Virus record (IMG/VR): IMGVR_UViG_3300037467_002149
Span: 4,445-68,444 of that record
From: a virus
Strand: one strand, 5' to 3'
Length of the DNA stretch: 64,000 bases
Within the stretch, counting starts at the first letter, position 1, and each line of letters starts with the position of its first letter. The notes beneath the pieces were generated by a model that searched no databases, had not been told where the DNA came from, and saw only the letters and a program-made list of their open reading frames with translations. The position numbers were made by a program, and so were the translations under genes. Of this stretch, positions 27,951 to 37,189 are shown one piece after another.

Positions 27951-28648
27951 TGCGCGCGGGGCGGGCGTTCACACAGCTGGTGGAGTTCACCGACGGACAT
28001 CCGGACGGCAACATCACCTGGCAACTGCTGGACGGTGGCGGGACTCAACTCGCGACCGGCACGGTGACGCCCGCCGCCGAAGCTGTCTCTTCGGTGATCC
28101 GTATCGAAGCTGTCAACAACGGCCTCGTCGACGCGACAGCACTATCCGAGCCTCGTGAGCTCCAGTGGAGCTATGAGGTCGGCGGGTTGCTGAAATCCTA
28201 TCAGCTCCGCTACCGGATCGATGCGTTCCTGCCGTTCGGGGTGTCTGAGGACGGCGTACGGCGCAAGCTCGGCCTCGAACTGCATGAGCTCGAGGATGCC
28301 GACATCGACCTTGTTACGGCGTATTCCAAGTTTCGGGATCAGGTTACGTCTGTCGCGCTGGCCGCCGCTGATGACAGTCTCACACTTGAGATTTGCAACG
28401 CCGTCGAGGCGATGGCGGCGGTCGTCCAAATTCCTACGTTGCAGGTGCGACTGGCAGTCAAGGAAAGTTCCGGCACCGATCAGTTCCAGCGTGCGTCGAT
28501 TGACTGGGACATGATCCGTGCGCATCTCGACCAGTTCATCGCCCAAGGCATTGCCGCAGTGAACCCGGCTGTCGATCTGACGGCCAACTTTGGTTCGCTC
28601 GTGCAGACGATCAATCGGGACGACCCAGTGACAGGGACGGTCGCTTAA
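27950..28648 (+). CDS. Head-tail connector/adaptor-like protein
   Basis: Position after capsid; VRRKLG...AMAAVVQIP..V..SGTDQF pattern. Confidence 0.5.
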
Positions 28649-28662
28649 GCTAAACGAGCGCA

Positions 28663-29103
28663 ATGATCGGGATCATCGCGCTCGCCGCAGCTGTCACAGC
28701 TGCGCCTCCGAATTGCTCCTATTCGAATTTCCATCAGCTCGGTCCCTGGGATCGAGCCCAGTGCCAATTCGCCTTGCTCAGCCCATACCCAGAGCTGGTC
28801 CGGTTCCGAAACGTGAGGACCGTTGGCGCCGATGTCTGTGGTGAGGTCAACACACCCGGAAAGAACAACATGTCGGGCTTCCAGGCGTTCGTTTGGCGCG
28901 ACGATAACAACTGGGCACGGAAGCTTCCGGACGGCTTTGTGGCGCAGATCGATGGCCGTACTCAGTCATCGGACGGCTTCGACAGCCGTGGACGAAATGC
29001 CGGTTCGATGATCCGGTTTGCCGAGGCGCAGCGCAAACAGAAGTTCGAGGTGCAGGTGCGCGAAATGCTAGGTGCCTGTGCGTCGCAGCTCAACGCCGAT
29101 TGA
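28663..29103 (+). CDS. Putative exported protein
   Basis: Hydrophobic N-terminus MIGIIALAAAVTAA; FRNVR..VCGEVN..GFQAF motif. Confidence 0.6.
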   Translation: MIGIIALAAAVTAAPPNCSYSNFHQLGPWDRAQCQFALLSPYPELVRFRNVRTVGADVCGEVNTPGKNNMSGFQAFVWRDDNNWARKLPDGFVAQIDGRTQSSDGFDSRGRNAGSMIRFAEAQRKQKFEVQVREMLGACASQLNAD

Positions 29104-29505
29104 CCGATAATTCCGTACTTGGGTCTGCACCATCGGCAGCGATTCCCAATGAACGGATACCAGCTCGTTGTTGACGGCCCCGTCGTCAGGATCGCGCAGC
29201 AAAATCTTCTTCTTCTCACCGAAGCTGTCGTGGACCATGTCGATGATGTCGGCTTCCTGAAGCAGGTTTGCGTCGTCAACGGTTGAGAGTGTGATACCGA
29301 ACCGAATGAGCCACTGCCCTAGGTTCTCATCAAAAGAGAAGCCGTTGACGCCGACAAGTAGCACACGCGGCAGCTTGTCCTCGTCATCCCGGTTCTCCCA
29401 GGACCAGTAACGTGCCTGGGGCTCGATGGTGGCCTGAATGTCCTTGACCAGGTCATTCACCGCGCGGACGACGGATTTGTAGACCGTGCTGTAGAGCTTC
29501 GCCAT
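29068..29505 (-). CDS. Tail terminator/completion-like protein on the opposite strand
   Basis: Start MAKLYSTVYK; alternating alpha/beta pattern like lambda gpU-type proteins. Function is inference. Confidence 0.5.
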   Translation of the reverse strand: MAKLYSTVYKSVVRAVNDLVKDIQATIEPQARYWSWENRDDEDKLPRVLLVGVNGFSFDENLGQWLIRFGITLSTVDDANLLQEADIIDMVHDSFGEKKKILLRDPDDGAVNNELVSVHWESLPMVQTQVRNYRSIGVELRRTGT

Positions 29506-29533
29506 GCAGCCGGCGTGAGAGAGCAGAGTCTGC

Positions 29534-30427
29534 ATGTCCAGCTTTAGGATACGGTTCAGGTTCAACCAGCAGAAGGGTGGTTCCACCACTTCGGAGTTGA
29601 GGCCACGCGGCTTCGAAAATTTCGCCCGGGTGATCGTCGAAGATTTCGCTGTCTCTTACGGCGACAAGATGTTTGACCTCCTGAAGCGCACGATCCAGGA
29701 ACGGACGCAGGCGGATATCGAGCGTGAGCTCGATCACATGGCGAAGTTGTTCATGGCCCGTGTGGTCGGAATCGCAGGCCGTAATCAGGGACCGACCGGG
29801 GAGCTCACGACGGTCGCGCCTTTGAGCGAAGCTATGCAAAGCTTCTCCTTCACGCAGGCCTCGGTTCGATCGCTTACAGGGAACTGGCCGAGGCGCAGTC
29901 CCTTCTATATGCAATCTCGTAAGTGGGCGGGCGACAGCTGGTTCCATAGAACTGGCGGGAGCCTCGCGCCTTTGAGGTCAGCAAAAACCTGGACGGGTGC
30001 CTTCGGCGGCATCACTGTCTCGGTCAACAGGCACACCTCGCTGAACCGAAAAGATCTCGGAAGCACCAAATTGGTCGCGACGAATTACAGTCGCAACACG
30101 GACACGAAGATCGCAATCGCGACAATCCGCGTGCAAGCCATGACGCGGATCACCCCGGGAATGTTGCCGGCGCTCGGGGGCGGCGGGCTCGGCGATTTCG
30201 GTTCAAACGCTCGCGGCTCAGGGCTTCTGGCGATGCTCGGCGAGCGCGTCGCGTGGCGGCTCGGCGGCAATCCGCAGACAGTGCCGTTCCGGCCGACTAT
30301 TCAGCCGTTCCTCGGTTATTTCCTGACACGCGCTATGCCGAATGCTGTGTTCAAGCGCATCGAGCAGGGCTTCCAGGGTCAGCGCTGGAAGTGGGAAGAA
30401 ACCCACGGCGCCGGGCGCACGCGTTAA
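29534..30427 (+). CDS. Basic virion morphogenesis protein (neck/tail completion candidate)
   Basis: 297-aa track ORF in the head-tail region. Confidence 0.45.
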   Translation: MSSFRIRFRFNQQKGGSTTSELRPRGFENFARVIVEDFAVSYGDKMFDLLKRTIQERTQADIERELDHMAKLFMARVVGIAGRNQGPTGELTTVAPLSEAMQSFSFTQASVRSLTGNWPRRSPFYMQSRKWAGDSWFHRTGGSLAPLRSAKTWTGAFGGITVSVNRHTSLNRKDLGSTKLVATNYSRNTDTKIAIATIRVQAMTRITPGMLPALGGGGLGDFGSNARGSGLLAMLGERVAWRLGGNPQTVPFRPTIQPFLGYFLTRAMPNAVFKRIEQGFQGQRWKWEETHGAGRTR

Positions 30428-30497
30428 GTCACAGCGCGCTCTACACCGGCAACCGCGGTCAACCATAAGACTCCTAGCACCAACGCAAGGAGCCACC

Positions 30498-30713
30498 GTG
30501 TCCAGCAGATCCCACCGGAGTTTCACGCTTCGTGTAGAAACCCCACTCTATCTCGAGCTCGCCGAAAAAGCGCAGGCCGAAGGCATTCCCCTCAATCAGC
30601 TCGCTAACCGGCTCCTGAAGCTCGGCATGGGCAAGCATATTTCTCTCGACAGTGCGCTGCGGTCGCTCCTCATGGAACGGGTCATTCGCGAAGACCCGGC
30701 GGTGCAAGCATGA
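30498..30713 (+). CDS. Arc/CopG-like ribbon-helix-helix DNA-binding protein
   Basis: GTG start after AAGGAG; SFTLRVETPLYLELAEKAQAEGIPLNQLANRLL is a typical RHH pattern. Confidence 0.75.
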   Translation: MSSRSHRSFTLRVETPLYLELAEKAQAEGIPLNQLANRLLKLGMGKHISLDSALRSLLMERVIREDPAVQA

Positions 30714-31132
30714 CGGCCGTGACAGCAGGCGGGATGGAGCGCCCGCCGCTGACTTGTACGGTGAAGCTCGAGGACGAGACCGAATACACGGTCAAGATGA
30801 GCTACGGTCTGCAGCAGGATATTCAGCGGGTGGTGCCCGATCCGGCCGGTATCGTCGACACGATTGCCGGAGATCCCTACGCCCGCGATTACATCTTGCG
30901 ACGCTGCATGACGCCAGAGAAGAAGCTCATCAAGGATGAAGCCGAGCTCAAGCCCGCCGAGGATATCGGCCTCGATGATCCTGATGAGATCAACAAGCTG
31001 CTGCAGTGGGCAACAGGACACCTCCTGTATTTTTTCGCGATCTCGGCGGGCGGGCTGAAGCAGTTGAGCGAACAGTTGGCATCGAAGCTGGAGGACCGAC
31101 CCGCCCCCTCGACACCTGGTTCTCCGAGCTAA
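30710..31132 (+). CDS. Tail assembly chaperone (gpG-like)
   Basis: Upstream of the tape measure gene; carries slippery T TTT TTC at 31030-31036. Confidence 0.7.
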   Translation: MTAVTAGGMERPPLTCTVKLEDETEYTVKMSYGLQQDIQRVVPDPAGIVDTIAGDPYARDYILRRCMTPEKKLIKDEAELKPAEDIGLDDPDEINKLLQWATGHLLYFFAISAGGLKQLSEQLASKLEDRPAPSTPGSPS

Positions 31133-31422
31133 GTTTCGAGGAAAGCATCTGCTGGGCGTTCGAGGTCGACGAAGGTGATCTCGAGGAGCTTTACTGGCGT
31201 CTCAGCTTTTACGAGCTGATTGGTCGCGTGAAGCTTAAGCTCGGCGAGCTCAACGCCCGTATGCTATGTCAGTTCACCGCGTTCGCAGAGGTGGTGAACG
31301 GGGTGTTTGGCAAGAAGGAGAGCGGCGGTCCGCTTGTGAAGGGTGAATACACCGACCTGGCCGAGGCGCCCTCGTTCGAAGCCGCGATCGCCAAGATCAA
31401 CGCCGCGCTGACCTTTGGTTGA
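31030..31422 (+). CDS. -1 frameshift extension of the chaperone (gpGT-like)
   Basis: The -1 frame (track ORF 31006..31422) is open from the slippery site and lacks an obvious SD-linked start of its own. Confidence 0.7.
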   Translation, partial: FFRDLGGRAEAVERTVGIEAGGPTRPLDTWFSELSFEESICWAFEVDEGDLEELYWRLSFYELIGRVKLKLGELNARMLCQFTAFAEVVNGVFGKKESGGPLVKGEYTDLAEAPSFEAAIAKINAALTFG

Positions 31423-31480
31423 CGTCTTTTTGCTGTTGCCACTTATCGTCCGTCTTAAACGGACAAATAGCTTCGGCAGC

Positions 31481-31495
31481 GAAAGGAGGTGATCC
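31481..31495 (+). promoter_or_regulatory. Extended Shine-Dalgarno-like element GAAAGGAGGTGATCC with no nearby start codon
   Basis: Matches the reverse complement of the conserved 16S rRNA 3' tail (GGAUCACCUCCUUUC); sits among hairpins about 115 nt before the tape measure start. Confidence 0.6.
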
Positions 31496-31610
31496 TTCAT
31501 CTCCCCGGACACGGGGTTTCGCGCGGGCCACCACGAAAACGGATGGTGGTGGCCCGCTAAGTCACAGCCCATCCGTGAAAAGCGTGCCCCGCTCCGGTTG
31601 AGAGTCTGGA

Positions 31611-34600
31611 ATGAGCGGCGGCACTGTCGAGACCGATGTCATTCTGGACGCCGACGGCCAAGCCGTCTTCAAGGCGTTCGACGAGGTCGCTCGCCGCGTC
31701 AAAGAGATCCAGACCTCCGTTACCGCGATCCAGACCAAGGCGAGGGAAGCCGCCAACGGTTTCGGCGGCTCGCTACAAAAGACGCTCGGCGATTTCAACA
31801 AGACCATCGCTGCGCTCGAGCGGTTCCAGAGCAACGTCAAGAACATCAACGAGAAGCTCTTCGCCGGTTCGCCTCAAGGCCAGATGGCAGCCCAGGCGCA
31901 GGCGATGCGTCAACGCGCCCAGGAAGAGGAGCGTGCCTGGCAGCAGCTTGAGGCTCAGAAGACCCAGCTTTCCCAGAAGCGGATGACTCAGGAGGCCCAG
32001 ATGTGGGCCTCCTACGATCGTCAGGTCCACAAGGACATTGTCGAGCAGGAGCAGCTGAAAGAGCGGCTCGCGATCCAGCGCTGGGAGCGTGAGCGAGCAC
32101 AGGCAACGCAGGCTGAACGCGAGCAGGACCGCTTGCGAGAGCAGAACCGCGTTAAGCAACTGCGCGATACGGCCCAGCTGCAGGTAACGAATGCCAAGTC
32201 CAGTGAGCTTCAGGCGCTTCGTGCGGGAGCTTCAGCGAACCTGACCGACCTTCGCTCGCGTCGGGATCTCGGAAGCCAGGAGGACCAACGTCGCATCGAG
32301 CAAGCGATCGCGCTCGAAAAGGAGCGCCTGAAGCTCGTCGAGAGTCGGATCGCAGCCGAGCAGCGTGCCACCGACAAGGTCGCCAATTCCGATGCTCGAA
32401 TCCAAGCAGCGCTCGATATCCGAAGCGGACGCAATGCGGAGCGGGCGCTTGCCACGCAGCTCGATCTGAATGCCGCCAAGATCCGGCAGACCGATCTCGA
32501 AGCGGCGATCGCGATGCAGATCGAGAAAGCGCGCGCCCTTTCGGGCAAGGCGCTGATCGACGCTGAGCGCTCTCTCAAGGTCGACGAAGCTCGGCTGCAG
32601 GTCACGAATCAGCGGGTCCGCGCGCTTGAGAGGGAAACCGCGCAGCAAACCCGGGAAGCGAACAGGCCACCGCCAGGAAGCGGGGGCGGGGGCGGCCTGT
32701 TCGGCAGCTCCGGCATCGCTGGGATCTTCGCGCGCACGGCAGCGTATGGCGGCGCCGCGATGGCGATCTACGCTACGCTGGGTGCGATCAAGGACGGCAT
32801 CACCTACTCGCTGCAGTTCGAAGATGCGATTGCCAAGCTCGGTGCGATCTCGGGCGCAACTGCAACGCAACAGGCTCAGCTGGCCAAGACAATTGCCGAG
32901 GTCGGTGAGCAGTCGCGCTTCTCGACGCTCGATCTAGCAAATGCCGCGACCGTGCTTGCTCAGGCGGGCTTCACTCAGGGTGAAATCGCGGACTCGCTCA
33001 AGAGCATTTCGCAACTCGCGACCGCGTCGGGCACGTCAATCGCCGAAGCGACGGACGTCGTCACTTCGGCGATCGGCGCTTTCCAGCTGCAGGCCAGTGA
33101 GACGTCACACATCAACGACGTGCTCGCGTCAGCATTGAACCGCACCAAACTGAACATTCAGCAGGTGGCGCTTGGCATTCAGTATGCCGGCGCGACCGCG
33201 CATGAGAATAAGATCAGCTTTGAAGAGCTCACCGCGGTCATGGCCACGATGGCCAACGCTGGTATCCGCTCGGGTTCGACGATCGGTACCGGTATCCGGC
33301 AATTCCTGGTCGATCTGCAAACACCGACCAAAGCACTGGCCGATGAGCTCAAGAAGCTGCATCTCTCAATGGCCGACATCGACGTCGACCAGCTCGGCCT
33401 GCCCGAGGTGCTCAACCGTCTGGCGGCTGCAGGCTTTGACAGCGCCGCCGCCTATAAGACGCTCGAGACACGCGCGGCTGCGGCTTACCTGGTTCTCCGC
33501 AACAATCGCGAAGAGATCCAGCAGCAGATCATCGCGCAGAACCAAATCGGCCAGTCGGCCGAAGCAGCTGCCAAAGGTCAGGAGTCGCTCGCCGCTGAGT
33601 GGCAGCGGTTCAAGAACATCCTCAATGAGAGTGTCGAGGGCGGGCTGAAGCCCGCCACGAATGCTCTGCGCGACTTCTTCAAGTCGTTCAACGACAACGC
33701 CAGTGATGAGACGCTCAAGAAATTCCGCGAGCGCCTTCGTGCGGCCTTCGGTAATCCAGAAGAGCTTGCTCGCATCAACCAGGAGATGCTCAACTACCAG
33801 GCCGTCAAGCGCGACGTTGCCGATGCCGAGGCCGCGCACGCCGACGCGATCGAAAAGACGACGACCGCCTACAATCAAGCAACGGAAGCCGTCGGCAAGC
33901 AGCGAACTGTCCTCTCCTCGCTCGATGACGCAACGGCCCGTGTCTATGTTCGCGGCAAGGAGCTGAGTTCGAACCAGACTGCCCTCCAAGCCGAGGTGGC
34001 GACGCTCACCACTCGGTTCCAGGGGCTCTCGACGTATCTCGACAGCACGGCGGTCAGCTATGACAACCTGACCGCCGCTCTTCGCAATTACCGCCTTGAG
34101 CAGTTGAAAGCGCTCGGTAGCGCCCTGCAGACGCAGGCGGCCACGGGCAGGTTACAAGGCGGCGAGTTCATCGGTCAGGCGAACTCAATCACCCAGACAA
34201 ATCTGCAGAACGGCACCTTCAGCCGGCTGCCGCAGAATGTGCAAGGCCTTTACCGAAGTGTTATCGCCAATCCGAACAACGACATCCTCCGTCGTCAATT
34301 GTTCGATGCTTCGGCTAAGCTGCCGGCTGACCTTAAGCATTTCGTGGATGAGTTTTCCGTGTCGCTCGACAAGGGCGTGAACGCACTGCGAGCCTCGCAG
34401 CAAGCGCGCGGCCAGCTTGATATCGTGGGACAGCTCTCCTCGCAGAAGGGCGCCGCGCTTCAGGCTGAAGTATCAGCACTGGCCGGTAAACCCGACGCCC
34501 AAATCAAGGCCAAGATCGCTCAGTACCAGAGAGCCAAGCAGGGCAAGACTACGAGCGTGATCGGTGCCTACGATGCGCTCATCGAAGAGCTTGAGGGCTT

Positions 34601-36146
34601 CATCGGCAGCGGCGCGCATCCCGAAGCGCCCGAAAAGAAAAAGCGCTCGGGAGCGGGACTTGAGAACCGCCAGACCCGCGCAATGGACGCTTTGTCGCTG
34701 AAGGCTGATGAGGCTGAGCTCCGCAACGCGATCAAAGCTCTGCTCCACGCTGGGGGCAGGGCGTCAACCGACGCGGACGGCAACATCGTCGTCGCAGGAG
34801 CTCGGACGCTCACGACCGAACGTCTGAAGCAGAATGTCCAGCGCGTCGACGACTCTCTCCAGGCGTGGGTTGACGACCGTACCCAGCAGGTGCGGGATCA
34901 GATCAAGCAGCTGAAGCTCGATCCAAATTCTGGCCGCGGCCAGGAGATGATGAACGATCTCCAGAGGGAGATCGATGCGAAGCGTGAGGACGTGCATCGC
35001 CAGATTGGCGATCTCGTTGCCAAGGCGCTGCAGAAGGTTCTCGAGGGGATCGAGAAGACCACCAGGCGCGCCGAAGAGGTCGTGGACCACCAGGAACGCA
35101 TGGCCGAGGCCCGTGTCGCGGCACTTGACCGTCAGTCGCTCAATGGCCGAGTGCCAGACTATGTCCGCGCGAATGTCGAGCGCCAAGCGGCGCTCGCGAA
35201 AGATGATGGGGACCGCCAGCGGATTGCGATCAATGACCGGAATCTCGCGGACCTGACGAAGGCGCGCGACGATTGGGCAGCAATCGTCGACTATCTGCAA
35301 GTTGTCGGTGACCTCGAGAACGACGACCCAGCGATCAAAGCGCTCCAGGATCTGAACGATCAGATCACGACGCTGAAGAACAGTAATGAGGCGCTCAAGG
35401 CCAGCTTCGGCGGCGAGGCTCTGATCCCGCAGAGCTTCGGTGACGCCTGGGGACAGGCGGTCGAGAACTGGCGTGAGGCGAACAAGGGCGCCGGGGATTT
35501 CGCGACCACGGTCAAGAACAATCTCGGCGGTGCGCTCGAAACGGTGCAGGGCTCCATGCAGGAGTTCTTCACCAATGTGATGAGCGGGACCATGTCCATG
35601 AAGGAAGCCTTCAGGAACATGGTCAAGCAGATCATCGGCTACCTCATCCAGCTGATCGCCAAGCTGATCGTTGTGAAGATCTTGCAAACCGCACTCGGCG
35701 GGGGTCCGAGCGGTGGTGCAGTTATCGCGAGCGCCCAGGCGGCAGAAGCTGCGTCGGGGCTGGATCTGAACGCGGGCTTCGCCAAGCTTTACGGTGGTCA
35801 GGTCCACGCCCTCTCGGGGCGTTATATTCGAGACGGCGTGCCCAATCGTGACAGCGTGAACGCTAAGATCGCACGCGGCGAATATGTCACGCGCAAGTGG
35901 GCGGTGGACAATGTCGGCGTCGACTTCATGGACCGCCTGAACAATCGTGGTGTCGCGGCTCTGAAGGACTTCGGTCCCAAGGTCGTGCTGCCGCCGCCGG
36001 CGCAGCAGAAGATGGCCGTGTATGTCATGCTGCCGGAGGAGCAGCCGTCAATGGGCCCGAATGACGTCCTCGTGGCCGTTGCCAACGACATCTACCGCGG
36101 CGGCCCGACCAAGCAGCTTATCAAGGAGGTCGCACAGGGTGTCTGA
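31611..36146 (+). CDS. Tape measure protein
   Basis: 1511 aa, Ala/Gln-rich helical; TP901-type core FEDAIAKLGAISGAT...ELTAVMATMANAGIRSGSTIGT. Confidence 0.92.
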   Translation: MSGGTVETDVILDADGQAVFKAFDEVARRVKEIQTSVTAIQTKAREAANGFGGSLQKTLGDFNKTIAALERFQSNVKNINEKLFAGSPQGQMAAQAQAMRQRAQEEERAWQQLEAQKTQLSQKRMTQEAQMWASYDRQVHKDIVEQEQLKERLAIQRWERERAQATQAEREQDRLREQNRVKQLRDTAQLQVTNAKSSELQALRAGASANLTDLRSRRDLGSQEDQRRIEQAIALEKERLKLVESRIAAEQRATDKVANSDARIQAALDIRSGRNAERALATQLDLNAAKIRQTDLEAAIAMQIEKARALSGKALIDAERSLKVDEARLQVTNQRVRALERETAQQTREANRPPPGSGGGGGLFGSSGIAGIFARTAAYGGAAMAIYATLGAIKDGITYSLQFEDAIAKLGAISGATATQQAQLAKTIAEVGEQSRFSTLDLANAATVLAQAGFTQGEIADSLKSISQLATASGTSIAEATDVVTSAIGAFQLQASETSHINDVLASALNRTKLNIQQVALGIQYAGATAHENKISFEELTAVMATMANAGIRSGSTIGTGIRQFLVDLQTPTKALADELKKLHLSMADIDVDQLGLPEVLNRLAAAGFDSAAAYKTLETRAAAAYLVLRNNREEIQQQIIAQNQIGQSAEAAAKGQESLAAEWQRFKNILNESVEGGLKPATNALRDFFKSFNDNASDETLKKFRERLRAAFGNPEELARINQEMLNYQAVKRDVADAEAAHADAIEKTTTAYNQATEAVGKQRTVLSSLDDATARVYVRGKELSSNQTALQAEVATLTTRFQGLSTYLDSTAVSYDNLTAALRNYRLEQLKALGSALQTQAATGRLQGGEFIGQANSITQTNLQNGTFSRLPQNVQGLYRSVIANPNNDILRRQLFDASAKLPADLKHFVDEFSVSLDKGVNALRASQQARGQLDIVGQLSSQKGAALQAEVSALAGKPDAQIKAKIAQYQRAKQGKTTSVIGAYDALIEELEGFIGSGAHPEAPEKKKRSGAGLENRQTRAMDALSLKADEAELRNAIKALLHAGGRASTDADGNIVVAGARTLTTERLKQNVQRVDDSLQAWVDDRTQQVRDQIKQLKLDPNSGRGQEMMNDLQREIDAKREDVHRQIGDLVAKALQKVLEGIEKTTRRAEEVVDHQERMAEARVAALDRQSLNGRVPDYVRANVERQAALAKDDGDRQRIAINDRNLADLTKARDDWAAIVDYLQVVGDLENDDPAIKALQDLNDQITTLKNSNEALKASFGGEALIPQSFGDAWGQAVENWREANKGAGDFATTVKNNLGGALETVQGSMQEFFTNVMSGTMSMKEAFRNMVKQIIGYLIQLIAKLIVVKILQTALGGGPSGGAVIASAQAAEAASGLDLNAGFAKLYGGQVHALSGRYIRDGVPNRDSVNAKIARGEYVTRKWAVDNVGVDFMDRLNNRGVAALKDFGPKVVLPPPAQQKMAVYVMLPEEQPSMGPNDVLVAVANDIYRGGPTKQLIKEVAQGV

Positions 36147-36537
36147 GCTATTCGACTTCTGCCCTAAATATATGGTGCCGCGGACAAAGCCTCCGCAGGC
36201 GAGCCAGGTCATGTCCATGAACGGGTGGCCGTTCACGTCCAAGCCGAAGGTGCCCTACCAGAAGAGCTTCGCGGTCAAGCTCCAGGGTATGTATTGGTAT
36301 CTGAAGTCGAACGGATACTTCGATGTGAGCACTAATCCCCGCTACAACGCGCGGCGCCTCGAGCTCTTTTACGAGAGGCATGGCGTGTGGAAACCGTTCG
36401 ACTTTCCACATCCGCACCTCGGTTTGCTCAGGTGCCGGTTCAGCCAACCGCTCGAGATCCCTGAAGCCATCGCGAACTCGGGAGGGCTGGTCGACGCCTT
36501 CGACGTGAACCTCGTTCACCACGATCCGGGATACTAA
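36139..36537 (+). CDS. Distal tail protein (lambda gpM-like)
   Basis: GTG overlapping the tape measure stop; LELFYERHG.WKPFDF pattern. Confidence 0.65.
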   Translation: MSELFDFCPKYMVPRTKPPQASQVMSMNGWPFTSKPKVPYQKSFAVKLQGMYWYLKSNGYFDVSTNPRYNARRLELFYERHGVWKPFDFPHPHLGLLRCRFSQPLEIPEAIANSGGLVDAFDVNLVHHDPGY

Positions 36538-36539
36538 CC

Positions 36540-37091
36540 ATGGCCAGCCTGAAGAAAATCGGACGTCGGTTCGAAGTCCCGCTCACCATCGTTGAAGGTG
36601 GCAGCGGCATCGTTCACGGCCTTATCTCCGAAGCCGATCAGAAGCAGATCCCGGTCTACGCTTTCGTCAATCCGCGACACGTCCTGCGCACTGCGGTGAA
36701 CACCGCCGTCCGCGCAGGGATGGTGCTTCGTACAGCTGGCGGTTCGTATTTCATCGTCGGCAACAACGGCCCGTCCGAGCAGCGTGAGGGGACGATCTGG
36801 ATGAGCTGGCGCCTATTCGAGGCGACGCAGCAGGTGAAGTGGCAGCGTCGCAAGAAGGTCGTGGATCTAGTGACCCGGCTTGAAACGGATCAGGGCCCGG
36901 TGGATCTCGGTACCTTCTGGGCAGCGGTCGAGCCGCTTGACCGTGAGGTCGGGGATTTCCGCATGAGCGGGAGCTTCGAACAATCGCGGATCATCACGGG
37001 CAAGCAGATCCTTCACGACGACCTGATCGATGGCCGCAAAGTGACGCGCGCAGAGCCCGCGCTCGGCGTGATCATCGGGGTCATCACATAA
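36540..37091 (+). CDS. Head-closure/adaptor-like virion protein
   Basis: Beta-rich 183-aa ORF in the tail operon; function inferred. Confidence 0.4.
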   Translation: MASLKKIGRRFEVPLTIVEGGSGIVHGLISEADQKQIPVYAFVNPRHVLRTAVNTAVRAGMVLRTAGGSYFIVGNNGPSEQREGTIWMSWRLFEATQQVKWQRRKKVVDLVTRLETDQGPVDLGTFWAAVEPLDREVGDFRMSGSFEQSRIITGKQILHDDLIDGRKVTRAEPALGVIIGVIT

Positions 37092-37189
37092 CGGTGCAGC
37101 GTGGTTGCCGCTCTTTGTCGTGAGTTAGGCAGGGGGCGCTCTCAAAGGGGTTGCTGACAGTTTGCCCACCCCATGAGGAGCCCCTGCCA

